A DNA stretch of 64,000 nt from Octopus bimaculoides. Taxonomy: Eukaryota. Numbering within the stretch: the stretch's first letter is position 1; each line of letters starts with the position of its first letter. The DNA is taken from the NCBI RefSeq assembly GCF_001194135.2, contig NC_068987.1, forward strand, positions 81,346,829 through 81,410,828. Direction: 5' to 3'. Under the pieces are notes generated by a model. That model did not search any database, was not told the DNA's origin, and was given only the letters and a program-made list of their open reading frames with translations. Position numbers and translations under genes: made by a program. Positions 1 through 14,300 of this stretch are shown in pieces.

Positions 1-855
1 AATGAAAAGGTGAATCAAGACTAAAGTTGGAGTTGAAAAAAAAAGGCACTTACCCAGGCAGTGGTCAAGCAAATAATGGTCGTTTTGTATTGAAAGAATT
101 CTGAAGGGGCTTTATATTTAGACTAGGGTCAAACGGTCGAATCTATTCAACCATGTTTTAAGTCTTTAGCAACATCAATTATAAAGAACTTGGGAGTGGT
201 ACTAAAAGGTGGAGAGAAGTATTGACAGGCAGAAACTGGGTGGGAGCTGTCTTCAATAATTCAAGTAATGCTATATGTTCAAAATTAACCATACATGCTG
301 GTTTTGTTGTTGTTATTGTTGCTGCTACTGTTGTTATTGTCACTTACTTTTTTGTATTTTGACGCTACTTGCCTTCAGAACTCCCTAGGGAATTTTATGC
401 TAGCTTCATCACTTATTTATTTATACATTTATTATTTTTTTGTTTTGAAATGAGATCAAACTTCAGCATTTTATACCGATAAGATTATGTAGGGGGTGCA
501 AATTTTGATCTTGCACCCCCTGTTCCCGGGCCCTTGCACACATTCAGCTAGATACATTAAAGAAACAGGCTATGTAACAAAAGTACCCTTGGCCCCCAAT
601 GTTGTGACATAAGTGATTTCATGCTCAAAGCAGATGGCTCACATGCATACTGCCCACTACTTCAATGAGACTTTGGCACAATAAAACTGCTGTCTCTTCT
701 TCCCTTCCACCTTGGAAGAGAAGATGACTAGATGCAGTAGTCCAGCCAGTTCAAGCCAAGCGAACAAAGAAGTCACATGATGATGGGCTGGTGGAGATCA
801 GTTAACCACATGGATTTCCTGAGTTTCGTTGCCCTTTCTTTATCACATAGGACTT

Positions 856-1155
856 TTATTTGATATGCTTGAATACCATAGATTTTATAGTAAACTTCAT
901 CACCTTGAGTTGCTCATCAATGAATCTTATTGACCCACTGGGGTCCCGGACCTTCTGGACAAATACAGCCATCCTGATGATGTCTGACCTCTGAATGTTT
1001 CTTTCTCTTGGCAATAGATGATACATCATCCTGAATACAAAGAAATCTGCTCTATTCAATAAACTTGTGATCTCTGTAGTTGTTGCTAAACCTATGGCAC
1101 AATATGCCTTTTCATTTATTTTCTGTGTTAGATTAGAATCTGCTGTCAACAAATC
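856..1155 (-). other. Coding-like segment of unknown identity (possible terminal exon or decayed TE ORF)
   Basis: Acceptor-like tttgtcttttag precedes an open frame DLLTADSNLTQKINEKAYCAIG...MVFKHIK*. An overlapping second frame (HQDGCICPEGPGPQWVNKIH*ATQGDEVYYKIYGIQ...) also looks protein-like, which suggests frameshifted decay. No family recognised. Confidence 0.2.
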
Positions 1156-2238
1156 TAAAAGACAAACGAGAAAATTCAAATTTGGTGCATGCTATGTAGC
1201 ATTACATTAGATCATATTCCAGTTATGACTCATTAAAATTAATTCACAAAGACTTGATACATCCCATTGTTCTGAGTTACATCTGACTCAATTTATAAGA
1301 TCCAAATTCATTCACTTATAGAATTAAAATTTTAAAATAGTATTTCCAGAAAATCAAATGTTAAAAGGTTTTTGAAAGGGTTGTCTAATTTTACTTTTTC
1401 TAATTTTTGATTAATATTAATATGGAAGAATCAAAATATTTTAGGCAGCAAGTCTTTATGTTAGCATTTGGCCACTAAACCTTAATTGTGTTCTTCAGAA
1501 AACTTGTAAACACTTGTAGTATTATTCTGCTTTGATGAACATTAGATATTGAGATAAAGATTATTTAATTTTGAACTGCAAATCAACTACAGAACACTTT
1601 GGTGCACTACGATTCTAGGACTAGATCTTATTAAGTTGTTTGAAATCTTGATAAATTTTTAATAAGAACAATATTGTCAGGTTGCAAAAATCACAAGGTA
1701 AAACAAAACACAAAAATTCCTAATAAGAAATGTAAATATCATTTAACTTCTGTACTTCAGATAAATTGAAAAAAATGAATATCCAAATAAATGTGAATTT
1801 TTATCAAATAATCTTATTATTCTCTATTAAATTGAAAAACAGTAATACTTTTCACATTAGATTTGCTGTTTGAGAGACTTTAATCATATAATTGTTTTGG
1901 TTTTATTTTTTCCTGTTCAAGAATGAGTAAGAACAAAGTAGCTATTCAAACACTTAAATGTTTAACAAAATAGATATTATATGCTTTAAGTGTTGACATT
2001 AATAGCTGCTTCAGGAAAGAAATTTCCTATTGTGACCCTTTTTCTCTACTGACATAACCATACTTCTGGTAAAATAAATTATAACAACATAGAATGCTAT
2101 TTTTAAAAAAATGCAACATATTATCTTAACCCTCAAAACTAATAGAATAAGGCAAATGAAACGAGATCAAACATAAATGCCTCTGAAGGTTTGTAACTTT
2201 TTATTTTTGTTTTTGTTTTGATATAGCTAAAAATTTTC

Positions 2239-2490
2239 AAAGTAAAGACTATTTGCCAACATAATGTGGCAGTCCTGGATGGGACGAATGTTACTGTTGC
2301 TTAGCCACAAGAAACGTCGTTTCCAGCTGGCTATATGACGCAATATTTGTCCTTATATTTTCGAACAGGGGAGCTCAGCACCCCAATCCAGGACAAAGCA
2401 ACATCTGTGAACTGGTTTGAGGGGCTAAACAACAGTAGCATTCGTCCCATCCAGGACTGCCACATTATTTTGGCAAATAGTCTTTACTTT
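2239..2490. mobile_element. Foldback/MITE-like element with ~68-bp terminal inverted repeats
   Basis: 2239-2306 (aaagtaaagactatttgccaacataatgtggcagtcctggatgggacgaatg...ttagcc) is the near-perfect reverse complement of 2423-2490, with 3 mismatches by eye. No coding capacity. Confidence 0.8.
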
Positions 2491-4414
2491 AAAGTACTGT
2501 TACTGAATATCTCTCTTTGAGAGATTTAGAAATAATAATGTTTGTATTTAAACCTTTTGAATTATCTAGAAAATTTAAATGAAGAGTTAGTAGACAGATT
2601 CAATGTTGGTCTCATGGCTTTAGACCAAAGTAGTTCAGAGAAACCATAGGACTTTCTCCAGAACCTATAAATTCTATGAACATAAAAGAATACCTAGAAT
2701 CTGGGGAAAAGGATGTTTGACTGGATTTTCTTTATGTAAAAAGACTAGAAAGTAATTTAGAAAAATATAAGTTTTTAGAAGCATCCAATAATATTGTTAA
2801 AATAATTAATGATAACATACTTGATTAAAGATTTTCAGAATATGATACTAACCTCATATATATATAAAGATGCTTTGAATTTTTTTTGGAATATGTGAAA
2901 AATTTGACAATTAGATTAAGTATTCTAACGCTTAATGAATCTTGATGAATTCAGTATAATTTCTTCAGAAATGAGATACCTTGAATTACTTCTTCAACAA
3001 TATCTTAGTTCTGATAGAGATAACCTATAAAGTATTTCACTTTTGTCTAATAGAAGTTAATAAAATGATTAAGTTGAAGATGATAGTTTGGACTTCAAAG
3101 ATTTTACCTGTCTCCTTTACAGTTTAGAACAAATCTAATTTATTGCATATCAGTGTCGTCATGTCACCTGATACCAAAATAATAGAGAAGGCATCACCAG
3201 CAGATACAAATATCAGCAACTTGTCACTATCATTCCCATGTATGTTAAAACATTGATTTCAAATATACAAGTAAAATTGAAGATGAGTAAATTTAAATTT
3301 TCTTTGCATTTTTCTGTATGCAGTAGGATAGTAAATATTGAACATAACTTGTGTGCCTTGTTCCATTTTGATTTGAGGCAAATATAAAAAGGAAAGAGCT
3401 ATGCATTTGTACAAATTTTCTGAGAAATCACAAAATATTGGTTTGCATAATTTCCCTTGTAATTTAAAACAATTGAAATATCCTGATATAATCATGATAT
3501 TTTTGTTGTTAAATAGGAAATCAACTTCTTTTATAATTTCTTTTTTTTATTTTAATATTTCTTAAAGCTTATTTGGTATTGATTTCTAATTTCAAAAGCT
3601 ATATTGTCTAACATTATATTGTCTCATTCATATGCCAAGGGCTTTTTCTTATGGATTTTGCAGTTTGCATTTTCTTCTTTTTTGAAGCCACAGTTCTGCA
3701 ATTACTTTATGTTTGTTAGTAGCTTGTATTTTCTATGGAAGATAAGGAATGCATCTCCTTTTGTCAAACTTCTGAATATACATGTACCTTAGAGTAACTT
3801 TATAGTAAAAGTATGAAGAATTCAGAACATTCTTATGCCAAAGCACATATACTTGCTTAGTTAATCAAATAATGCCAGAAGTGCTATCCTCAGTATTTCT
3901 AAATTGTTACAGAGGCAAAGCAGCATCAAAAAATAGCAATTACTGAAGCCTCAAGCTGATTGATCATGTTTTGAAAGTAGTTGAGAATCTGAGCAAAGTT
4001 TGTAGTAAGTTGGCTTAGTTTAGATAAGACATCATTTGGATTTGTACCAAGTCATTGAATCATATGGGCTTTATTCATAACGTGATAGCTGCAAGAAGTG
4101 TTTGTAATTTATAATAAATATTTTTTTCCTAAGCTCTTGCTGATCTAGAGAAAATTCTCTTGTGCACCTGATATATCTATTCAATGATGTATGGTTACAC
4201 ATTTGTGTGAGCTTACATATGTGCACACGTGGGTAAACATATGAATGCAAATGTCCCAATGGACTGTTGAGGTAACGATCTTATTCATATATTACATTTA
4301 CAAGTAACTGTATACACAGATCAACAACAAATTGCTACAATATCATTGTAACAAACACTATCAACACTCTACCCACTGTGTACTTATATATCTGTGCATA
4401 TATGTGCTCCTGTT

Positions 4415-4796
4415 AGCACTGGATTAATCATTAGGGAAAATAAGTACGTGCTTAGGGCATCAAGGAAAGTCAGGAAATGGTAAATGGTTTATGGCACAAA
4501 AGAAATCATTTTAAACTTGCTAAAATAATATTCAAAGTGGTTTATATGATCAGAAATATAATCTCAAAATGTTCATGGTATCATAATGAGGATCTGATCA
4601 AAGACTTTATAACTAAAAAGAAATATGAGAAAACTTTTCAAACATAATAAAGTGGAAATATACAAAAATAAACATTTTTTTCCATCTAACTGTAGTTTTA
4701 TTAGTTTATTATTGTTTATATTTTGAATTAGATATATATGAGGACACCAAAATATCTTAAGTGCTTAGGGCCTTTATAAGTTTTAATCTGATTCTG
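4415..4796. mobile_element. Degenerate MITE, possibly hAT-like
   Basis: Ends agcactggattaa ... ttaatctgattctg form an imperfect inverted repeat; the subterminal motif gtgcttagggc occurs near both ends. Confidence 0.3.
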
Positions 4797-4939
4797 GCTC
4801 CAAGAACATCATTTAAGCAGAACATCAATTAACTATTGTGAACCTGCTTTAGGGTGGGTGGTGTTCTTATAGATTGTATTGTATGCATGCATACACATTT
4901 GCATATCAAAGTTGCCAGCAGTATGCAGACTATTACTAC

Positions 4940-5078
4940 GGCACTCCGTCAGTTACAACGGAACAGCTTGCTCATGAAATTAACATGCAAGTAGCTGAGC
5001 ATGCCACACTCACATGTACCCTTAATGGAGTTCTTGGGGAGATTCAGCGTGATGTCAGAAATATACACAGGAACACCC
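4940..5078 (-). mobile_element. SINE family C, truncated 3' part
   Basis: Reverse complement matches the 3' half of the copies at 28039 and 50116 (gctcagccacttgcacgttaatttcac...gacggagtgcc). Flanked by a (GT)n run. Confidence 0.85.
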
Positions 5079-6549
5079 GTGTGTGTGTGTGTGTGTGCAT
5101 GTGCATGCATGCATGAGCAGTTGTTGTTATTGCACTCTTTTTCTAGGCTCATTCATTGGTTAAGCATGCAAGCATCAAATGAATTGAAATTCATCAATTA
5201 AGCAAGATAAGCTGTAAACCTTGATGAAATTTGAGCTATGATTACCTTAATTTTCAACATAATGTATGCATGCATGTATGTGAATGCGTAATATAATTTT
5301 GTGAGCTGCCATCAAAATTATGTGTAGTAGTAATTTTAGCCAAAGCTGATATAAAATTGTTCATTCCACAATTATTCTGGTTTTTCTAATTTAACTGCCT
5401 ATATTAAATTGATTTATTTCTCCAGGGAATTGATTTAATTCTATAGATAGATACACTAATGATCCAAATTCTCTTCACTATAAAATAGAAAACAAACTCA
5501 TGCTTGTGATAATATTTGAAGAAATCAACGAAGCTCAAACAATAGGTGTCAATTAATAGAAAATTTAAATATTTCAAATTATAAGAAATGAAAACTATCA
5601 TATCTCATAAGAGTTAATTATATGAATAAAGATATATGAGACTAATCATTAATCTTAAAATTTTACTGAAAAATAGTTGCAGAATTTTTGCCATTAAGAC
5701 ATTTATGGAGTATGGGTATTAAATATAGTTCTCTGTTTTTACTTTATAAACAATAACATTTTCAAATGCACGTTTATATTTCTGAATTTGAAGAAAATAA
5801 AAGCAATTATTGCATTATGGACAAATTTAAGTTCGCTCTATTCATGCAAAATTAATTAAATATTCATAATGTATAACTAACAAAAATCAGAAAATAAACT
5901 TTTGCTAAAATTCAACCCAAAACTCCATGACTGTTTAATATTCTTTGAGATCGCAAGAGGATGCCATCATTGTTGCTCTTGTCCGTCTTTTAACATTTGT
6001 TTTTCAGTACTGAAAAATACTACATGAATATATTAAATTGACTCCCTCTAGCTATTGTTAGTACCAAACATTATTCTTTTAATGTCAACATTCTTCAATC
6101 AGTTATAGTCACTTTATTCTGTATTATTAATTAAGTTTACTATGAATTCTATCAACCATTATTTGATAACATTTTGTCAAAAAGTTTCATTGTATTATAT
6201 TTTAATATCCTCTTTTCTTAGTAGAACTTTATACCTCTAATTCCTGATTATTTTCTTATCTTACAAGAATGTGGTCAATTTCTCATGATTACACTCTTTT
6301 CATTCTATACATTTCATTTGTGGCATTTGGAGAGTATTTCTTTTATATCGTAAAAGGTGGAGCTGTTCACTTCTCTAGTGCTGTCTTTTTTCCTTGTTCC
6401 TTGGTTTTATGGTTCTTTTCACCATTTTAAAACACTAAAGTTGGCTATCTGTCATGTCCTTCCAAAAAGTAATTTTAATGACATTTTGTGAATTATTTTT
6501 AGCAAACTATTTGAATCGTTTTTTCTTCTCACCAATAGCACTTGCCTAT

Positions 6550-7330
6550 ATACCAATCACCATAAAAAAAATATAAAAATAGGTGAATATTGAGTATATG
6601 TATGCATTACCCATGGGGTTTTTGTCTTCTGAAGCTTAGTGAAATATGGTCTGTATATTGGTTGAAACTTGCACATTGGAGTTTTTCATTTTGTACAGTC
6701 TCTCTTGTAGCAGTTTGTGCATAATGATTAATACTGCTTTCTGTGAGACACATGATAGATCATATTGTGAGACCAATGATAGGGTATTTTGCAATCAATT
6801 ACGTATTTATTGATGATAGGTAGTTTTATATTCTGAGCTAGAAGAGATAATAGAAAAAATAATAACTGTAGTATGAAAGAGACAGGAGTTTAGGGAGATT
6901 ATTACTCTGTTGGTTACAAAAGGTTTCTCTTTCTGCTTAAAAAGAAGACTATTTAAAATATGCACGATAAGATAGCTGCTACCGTATAGGGAGGCATTGA
7001 CTACTGAAAGTTTTCAGTGTCTGGAGAGAAATAAGTTCAGCATAATTTGTTAGATGTGCAGTATTTACTCGAAGAAAAAAACACCAAACACAGTTTAAGT
7101 GAGATCATGATTGGGCATCAAAGATATTGATGAATGTTTGCAGGAGGGATGATTGTGGCTGACAGGATGTGTGTTGAGAAGTAGTGGACAAAAAAATGTC
7201 ACTGGAAAGGATTCACAACAGAAAATTAAAAAAGCAAGAGGAAGAAGTGATGAGGTCAAACTGACATCATGTATAAAATGATAAGGAATCAAGATTAATA
7301 TATTCTGTATGAAAGATTCAGCCAATCAGT
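6550..7330 (-). mobile_element. Highly decayed LINE relic (CR1/L2-like C-terminus)
   Basis: Broken frames with weak resemblance to the CR1/L2 RT tail (LSLF.RY...SSEL pattern); many stops. Confidence 0.25.
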
Positions 7331-8424
7331 CAGTGTCTAATGCATTTTGCAATGATAATGATGAGTCTTCTGGTCTTGCTGTCATTCTCATTAAACATTC
7401 TAAAATACTGAGTTAGACAAACCTCAGCTTACAATAAGAGATAAAATGACACCATCAGAGACAGTTTTAAAATAGTAGAATAGTAATCAAAAATAAGATA
7501 GTTTGGTATCCTAGAGTCTAAAGACTAAAAATTATGAAGATTTTTAACATTAGAAATAATTGCATGCTTTCTAAGTATATCAACAACTTAAATATGTATC
7601 CAGCTCAAAAATAAGAATATCATTGCATTGTCAGACTTCAGAGATGAGCAACTATTCACAGTGAAGAGGACATGATAATGAATTTGTGTATTCACAATAT
7701 TTTATTGTTTGTAAGCTTTGGAATAGTCATTCTATCGCTAACTTTTTTGTTATTTTCAATGATCATCTGTTTTAAATACATATATTCAAGAAACAGAGTA
7801 AAAATGTTCCGTTTCCTATGTAATATATAAATTTGAATTATTGCCGAGTTTCTATTTGGAAGAATTTTTTACATTAAATTTAAACTTCCTTTCAATGTGA
7901 TAGGATTATTGTCAATTAATTTTCTGTTGATATTGTATTATCTGTTTATTTTTGTAACCGTAAATGATTAACTTCCTGAGAAATTTTGGAAATCTGACAA
8001 AATTGATTTACAATATAATTTCTATAATATAAACATTATTTTGTAATCTAACTGTCTACGAAAGTTAGTCGAAGCTACACTGCCCATGCTAGAAGACAAA
8101 TTAGTGTGGCAGTTTGAATTGTAAATAATATTTTGGATAAACATGCTCTATACTATACAAATATTTTCTTTATTATTTCTACTTATTTTTATGGTGGGAA
8201 AGAGTATAGGTAGTGATGCATTATTTTTTCTATTTTTTTTTCTTTTCTAATGATGACAATTTACAATAAAACAAATTAACCCAAGTTATAAAGCCATTTA
8301 AACTATAATGGGATAGTTATTCCAATATTTATGTGCTAAATTCAGTGTAAAATTCATAACTCTTTGGTTTATTATTTGCTTTGTTTCTCCATTGCAGTGG
8401 GAGACAAGGTAATTTTGATAGTAT

Positions 8425-8643
8425 ATATATTGGTTTCAAATTTTGGCTCAGGGCCAGCAATTTCAAGAGTGGGGTAAGTCGATTACAAAGACTCCAGTGC
8501 TCATTTTGTTTTAATTTTATCAATCTGAAAAGGATGAAAGGCAAAATCTACCCCAGCAGAATTTGAACTCAGAGCATATAGACAAATGAAATACCACTAA
8601 GCATTTTGCTCAGTATGTTAATTATTCTGCCAGCTTGCTGCCT
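8425..8643 (-). mobile_element. SINE family B (tRNA-derived head)
   Basis: Reverse complement reads ggcagcaagctggcagaa...atgcttagtggtatttc...gagttcaaattc (B-box like)...gcctttcatccttt; homologous to 19590-19820, 26858-27051 and 43879-44091. Confidence 0.85.
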
Positions 8644-9679
8644 TTTTGATAATATATATATATCAATTTTTCAGTTGTGTTAATTTGTCTAACTTTGAAA
8701 GGATATATCCATTAATTTTCATAAATTATGTCTAAATAAGTAATCTATCTACTACTGTGATGTACGTCTTATTTCCAATATCTTCAGATGGATATTGCTT
8801 TAACATGTATTCTTTGATTTAAAAAAGGAGAATATTTTATTTCTTTTGATAAAACAGTAAAAAGTATGCTAAAATATATTCTTAAATATTCATAAAATAG
8901 TTCCAATACACAAGACATACAAAATAGTATTTTTATTTTTAATTGCAAAGATATGAATTATTTTTAACAAAAATGCAAATATGAAACTGAATTTCACTAA
9001 AATCCTATTTGGCTTGGAAAAGCTATTTCAGTTTCCAAATGATGATGTACAATTTCTGATTGGCAAGATAAGACATCGTTTTGGTTGATGCAGTGGTATA
9101 AAGTATTGAGATACTAGAAATAATGAATCCAGGTACTTTTTAGATTAGATGCACTAACTTATTTTCTCTTATAATTTGAAAAAATATAATGCTGGTATGT
9201 TTTATTTTGGTAGCAATATTAAATTTTAAATCATATGCTCCAGCAACTTATGCAACTGACCAAATCATCAAAAGTAAGGAGGAAAGGTGTGTAAAATATT
9301 GAGAAATTGAATTATGTAGATAACTTAATTTAAGTTCTTTTAGATCTAAACTCCCTTTCCCCTACCATGAGTTCTGCTGCAATTTAATCTCGGCAATTTA
9401 TCATTTTACACAGGTGATTATAGTCAGTCTGTCTGCATGTGAGTGGGTGTGCATATATGTGCACTTGTGTTTATTTTTGGAAGGCTTGGGAATAATCATT
9501 TTTGTATAATCTAATCAGGAAGGAGAGAAATGTCTCGAGAATTTTTATGCCCTCTTCAACTGAAAGAAAGTAATCACTTGGTAATATCAATACTGATTAA
9601 TGTTTAATGTGAACTTCCAAAGGTCAGTTATGTTTGAGTTTTGGAGGACATTGCTGTTAATTCTCAATTCATGACTACT

Positions 9680-9875
9680 ATGAAGATGTTGTTGTATAGC
9701 CCCAGGCCAGCTGTCAGCAGATCAATCCATGACGTATGGTATTCCACCCAACTCATTTCTTTGTGTATCAGGAATAACATTGTCTCGAGTGTCCTTCCTT
9801 TTATAAAACAGTAGGGTATAATTTGAGAATGATTTATCTGCTATTTCTAACATGCTGAGTAACTGCATAGAGACT
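9680..9875. repeat. Dispersed repeat family D
   Basis: gtgtccttccttttataaaacagtagggtataatttgag resembles, in opposite orientation, 38485-38650 (tcaaatcacatcctaccatctttaaaaac...cattggataatg). Confidence 0.4.
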
Positions 9876-10018
9876 GTTTAGGGCTGAGTGTAAGTGAGCC
9901 CTCGGTTGAGAGAATAATGCTTATGCTTGAGTGATTTTTATCTGCATGAAAATGCATGTCGTTAGAGATGACAGTGAGTTGTTCTGGGTGCTTTAGTTTA
10001 AAGAAACAAAAGAACTCT

Positions 10019-11336
10019 CTTAGAATTGGTGATAGTGACCTAACCAACTGGGTAACTTAAATGCCTCAAAGAACCATCACAGTGCATATATTGTAGAATA
10101 ATTTGGTGGTAAGTGAGATCTAGGGATAAGATTTGATCACATGATCTTAAAGGCTAATATATAGTAAGATTGAAACAGTGATCAAAATTGAAGATGATGA
10201 GGTCAGAAATGTTCAGTCAGTCATTAGGTGATTCATTAACACATATAGAAGACACTTATATATCACATGAAATTCACATCTTTTGTTAATTGGATGACCT
10301 TCATTTGCCAGATCTTTTACTTTATTTGATTTTAATGCAAAAGGCACATTGCTACTAGCATACAGTCACATTGACTGCTCTACTTACGAAATAAGTTGAA
10401 TATGAGAAAGAGAAAGAGAGAACATAAGCTATAAAGAATATTTTTATACAAAAAAAAAAGCATTCATATATGATACTAGAGAGGGCTCTAATAGATGCAT
10501 TTGTGGAAATAATGCTAGTGAAAGAGAATAATGATAGAAAAGGCAGTGATCATTTATGGCTGGTTCCATTACCTTTGAAATATATATTGTTGGCTATTTT
10601 CAGAGGTAATTTTAAAAAATTTTATTATAGATACCTTGACTGCATATTTCGGGCAAATACTAGTAATAAAAGGAATACAGGAGATGAAAGAAGTTTACTG
10701 AAGATACAGAAACATGTAAGGAACACCATGCTTAGGGGTGACTGTGAGCATACCAAATTATAATGATAAATATGCAAATTTAGTGTAGTTAAAATCATTT
10801 TAATAAGAAACTAAAATGCAAAGCATCCATCAGGGTGGGTGGAGACTAAACTGTCACATTCTGTGCATTGTATAGAGATATAATTTGTTTCATTGCAGGG
10901 ATTTATGTAGATGAAACGAACACCTCAGGGTGTTTGTTTCAAGCTGTGTTTTCTGGGTTTAGATCTTTAATAATGTGAGGTATATGAAGAACATGCATAA
11001 AATAAAATGTTATCAGCTTAGTGACTTCTGACTAGTTGATGATAAAACATTGTTATTATTATGTGTAGTCAGCTTAGAATTGATGTTAACCTAACCAACT
11101 GGGTAACTTAAATGCTCAAAAGAACCATGATAGAGCTGATGTCTTAGAGTATTTTGGTGTTGGGTAAAATTTAGTGATAAGAGTTTGTTTACATGATCTT
11201 AAAAGTTAATAGATGGTAAAATTGAAATAGAGATCAAATTGACAATCTTCATTTTGTAGGTCTATTAAGTCATTTTATTCTAATTGAAAAGGTACATTGT
11301 GCCTACTATCAACATGCAGTCATATTGACTACTTCT
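10019..11336 (+). repeat. Local direct duplication (copy 1 ~10019-10381, copy 2 ~11074-11336)
   Basis: Identical 27-mer acctaaccaactgggtaacttaaatgc at 10038 and 11089, followed by collinear similarity (acatgatcttaaa, gatcaaa, aaaagg.acattg, cagtca.attgact). Confidence 0.8.
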
Positions 11337-14300
11337 TTCATTATTGCTTCATTTTAAACACATATTATTTTTTTATGTACTTGTCCATGCTTATGATACG
11401 TAACATCTATCTCTTACCATGGCCTTGTCCATCTAATGAATGACCTTAGAATCATTTGTTCTAGATACTGATTATGGGAGTCAGATGTATTATGTAGTTT
11501 AAACTTAATAGCTTATGAAGAACTCATTTTCATGTCCGAATAACTAGCTTAAGGTTTTATCATAATTAACAGTCGTAAAATGGTGAGAGTAATTAGAACT
11601 TTTAAGTTAACTTTGGACAACTTTTGATAGATTATAATTTCTAATAGACATTTGTAGTTAGATAGTTTCTGAAAGAAAAATATCCCAGAAGTTGAAAATA
11701 ATTTCAAAAATATTAATTCATGAATTAGTTTTAATAAATTATAACAAAATAAAATACTCTTAGAATAATGAAGATTCTGTTGTGATATGTATATAAATCA
11801 GTCAAGTAAGTTTCTGAGTTCAAGTCCCATCGAATTTTGTTTACTCCTCACTGACACTCATCTCTGTTGGTTAGAAAAACTTGGGCTGTAATCAGTTAAT
11901 TTGACTACACACATTCTATCAAAATAAATTGTGTTTTGTCTAGTAGAAGGAAATGAATATTATTTTATGTTTTATTTTTCTGAAATTGATTTTAATGCGG
12001 TGACAAATAAAAATTAAAATATTTCCTTTGTTTCTCAGTATATTAGAAGTTCATGACTAATTAGATTGCTTCAAAGATATATGATGCGAAAGTATAGCAT
12101 TAACAAATAGTAAAGCTGGATAACTTTAATGGAAACAGAAAATTTAACTTGCAATACAATATAGTTATGGGACTTATCTCATAGAGGTTGAAATGTCAGA
12201 GAATTAGTCTCCATGGCTCTAGCTTAATTACTCTTCAGTTGAAGTCTGTGGATTTTATCCTAGGAGCATCACCATTGCAAAGCCAATAAGTCAAGACCTT
12301 AAGTAAAATCCACTTGAGTAATTGTCAGTAGCCCAACTGATAAAACAGACCTGTATTTAATTCAATTAATAATGGTTGTTGGAACATTAAACAATATCAG
12401 AAGAATTTTCTTTCTGAAATATTTGAAAGAGACACTGTTTGAAGCTGATTGTCACTTTTATTGTTATCTTTGATCTTATTATATAACCCTCTGAAAAATT
12501 GATTTAAAAGAATATTTTCCTTGTAAAGTCATAAAGTTTCAAATAACTACATTTCTCAAAGTATTTCAAGTGTAATTTATAGATTTAATCTGTTTATAAT
12601 TATAAATATTTTGTTCTAGAAAATAGTTTTTATTACAATCAAACATTCACATATTTCAAATCTCCTTACAATAGAATATACCCATTGATTTTTATTTTCT
12701 ATATCTCTTTAACTTTGTATAATTTTTGTCTTTTTTTTTTTGTTATCAGGTTTAAAGTGAATGAAAATAATATTGCTTGATCACTTGGATTTTTTCCTGT
12801 AAAAGATAATACATTAGTAGAATGCTTTTGATTAAAATTTATAAAATCAATTGTCATTTTCATCATTAAAAGTCCACTCAAAAATTCTTCAGGTTTATTC
12901 ATACACATTGATTTTCTATAAAATCCTAAAGAAACTTCAGATATTATCATTAGATATTTTTTCTTCAACTGTTATTACTCAGCAGTCTTATTATATTATA
13001 ATCAAAACTCTTCTTGTTTTCACTTTCATTTTAATTTTTCTTTGTGTAATTTTATGTTATTGTGTGTGTTAGAAAGATAGAGAAGTAGAATGAAAGTATT
13101 ACTAAGCTTTGATCTTTAGTATTTTTGATTTTAGTTGAGATTTTATCATCTTCAAATACTGTAAATCAGAATGGTAACAGTTAATAGCTTTTGGCAGTAT
13201 TTCAGAGTGGTGGATATTTTTTGAAGGAGCTACTGTAAAAGTATATATATATATTTGTTGTGCCTTACCTTTATCATATATGAATGTTGTCTAATAATCA
13301 TACACTATCATCTATCTGTATTACTGTTTTGAGACAAATCAATTTTTGTAAAGGTATTTTTCTTGTCCAATGCTGTATTAGTATATTTTCTTAAAGCCAG
13401 TAAAATAATGGCCTGCCATATGAAATATACTTCATATAATACAATATTTAAAAACTTTGAAACTATTCTCTGTACTAATACTACTGATAACATCCAAATT
13501 TTTTGCACCAAACATTACACTTGTGGATATGTACTTAATGCTGGACTGCTGATCCCACAATCATAAGTTCAAACTTTACTTTGTTTATTCTATTGTGATC
13601 CTCATATATAACTACACTTGCTTAATGATCACACAACCTGTTTAACAGTTTGACCTACTCCTTAATGAATGTGAATTTCTTTGGAGAGAGTGGAAAAAAG
13701 TTGGGTGTAAAACAAAGTAAAATATCCAATGCTACTGTTTACATCATAAGAATGGAGCAATTTTGAAAGATATGAAATAATTGCTTTTCCCAGTGGAATT
13801 TGAAACAGATAAAGCATGTAGAAAACTGGCCCCTGGCAGCCTTTGACCTTTTACCATCCAAGAAATTTTAACTCAATATTCTAGATGTCATTATTTATAG
13901 CTTATATACTTCAAATCCCATCATTAAAAGTGATTTATCCATATATACAGAAGTGGGTTTTCAAGGATGAATTTTACATCTATAATGATTCACTTGAGTT
14001 CATTAAATTAACCTATTGTTCTCATTTTGCAACCAAAGCATTTTTGATTTTCATAATAATATTTTTCATATTTGAATATTGAATACAAATGCTAAATCGT
14101 ATTGCTTCAATTCAGCCATTATATTTTTCTTCTTTTCTTTATAGTTATCTTTAAATGATGTTTACAAATTTTATAAATCAAAGAAACAAGTTACTCGATT
14201 TCTTTTTCTACTATTTTTTTCTATTCTGGAATAAATGTGGGACCTATATCTAAAGTAGAGAAATATGAAAATATAGTCTTATTTTGCTAAAGGTCACAAT

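Noticed and set aside
917-919. Selenocysteine read-through of the TGA in the second minus-strand frame
   Set aside because: No SECIS is evident and there is no selenoprotein-like context; decay is the simpler explanation.
2620-4170. Protein-like patches (MRYLELLLQQYLS on plus; GTNPNDVLSKLSQLTTNFAQILNYFQ on minus)
   Set aside because: They are short, full of stops and match no recognisable family.
9214-10715. Phase-compatible exon chain 9214-9273, 9414-9438, 10631-10715
   Set aside because: Splice signals are plausible but the joined peptide resembles nothing I recognise. Phase agreement is expected by chance among many pseudo-exons.
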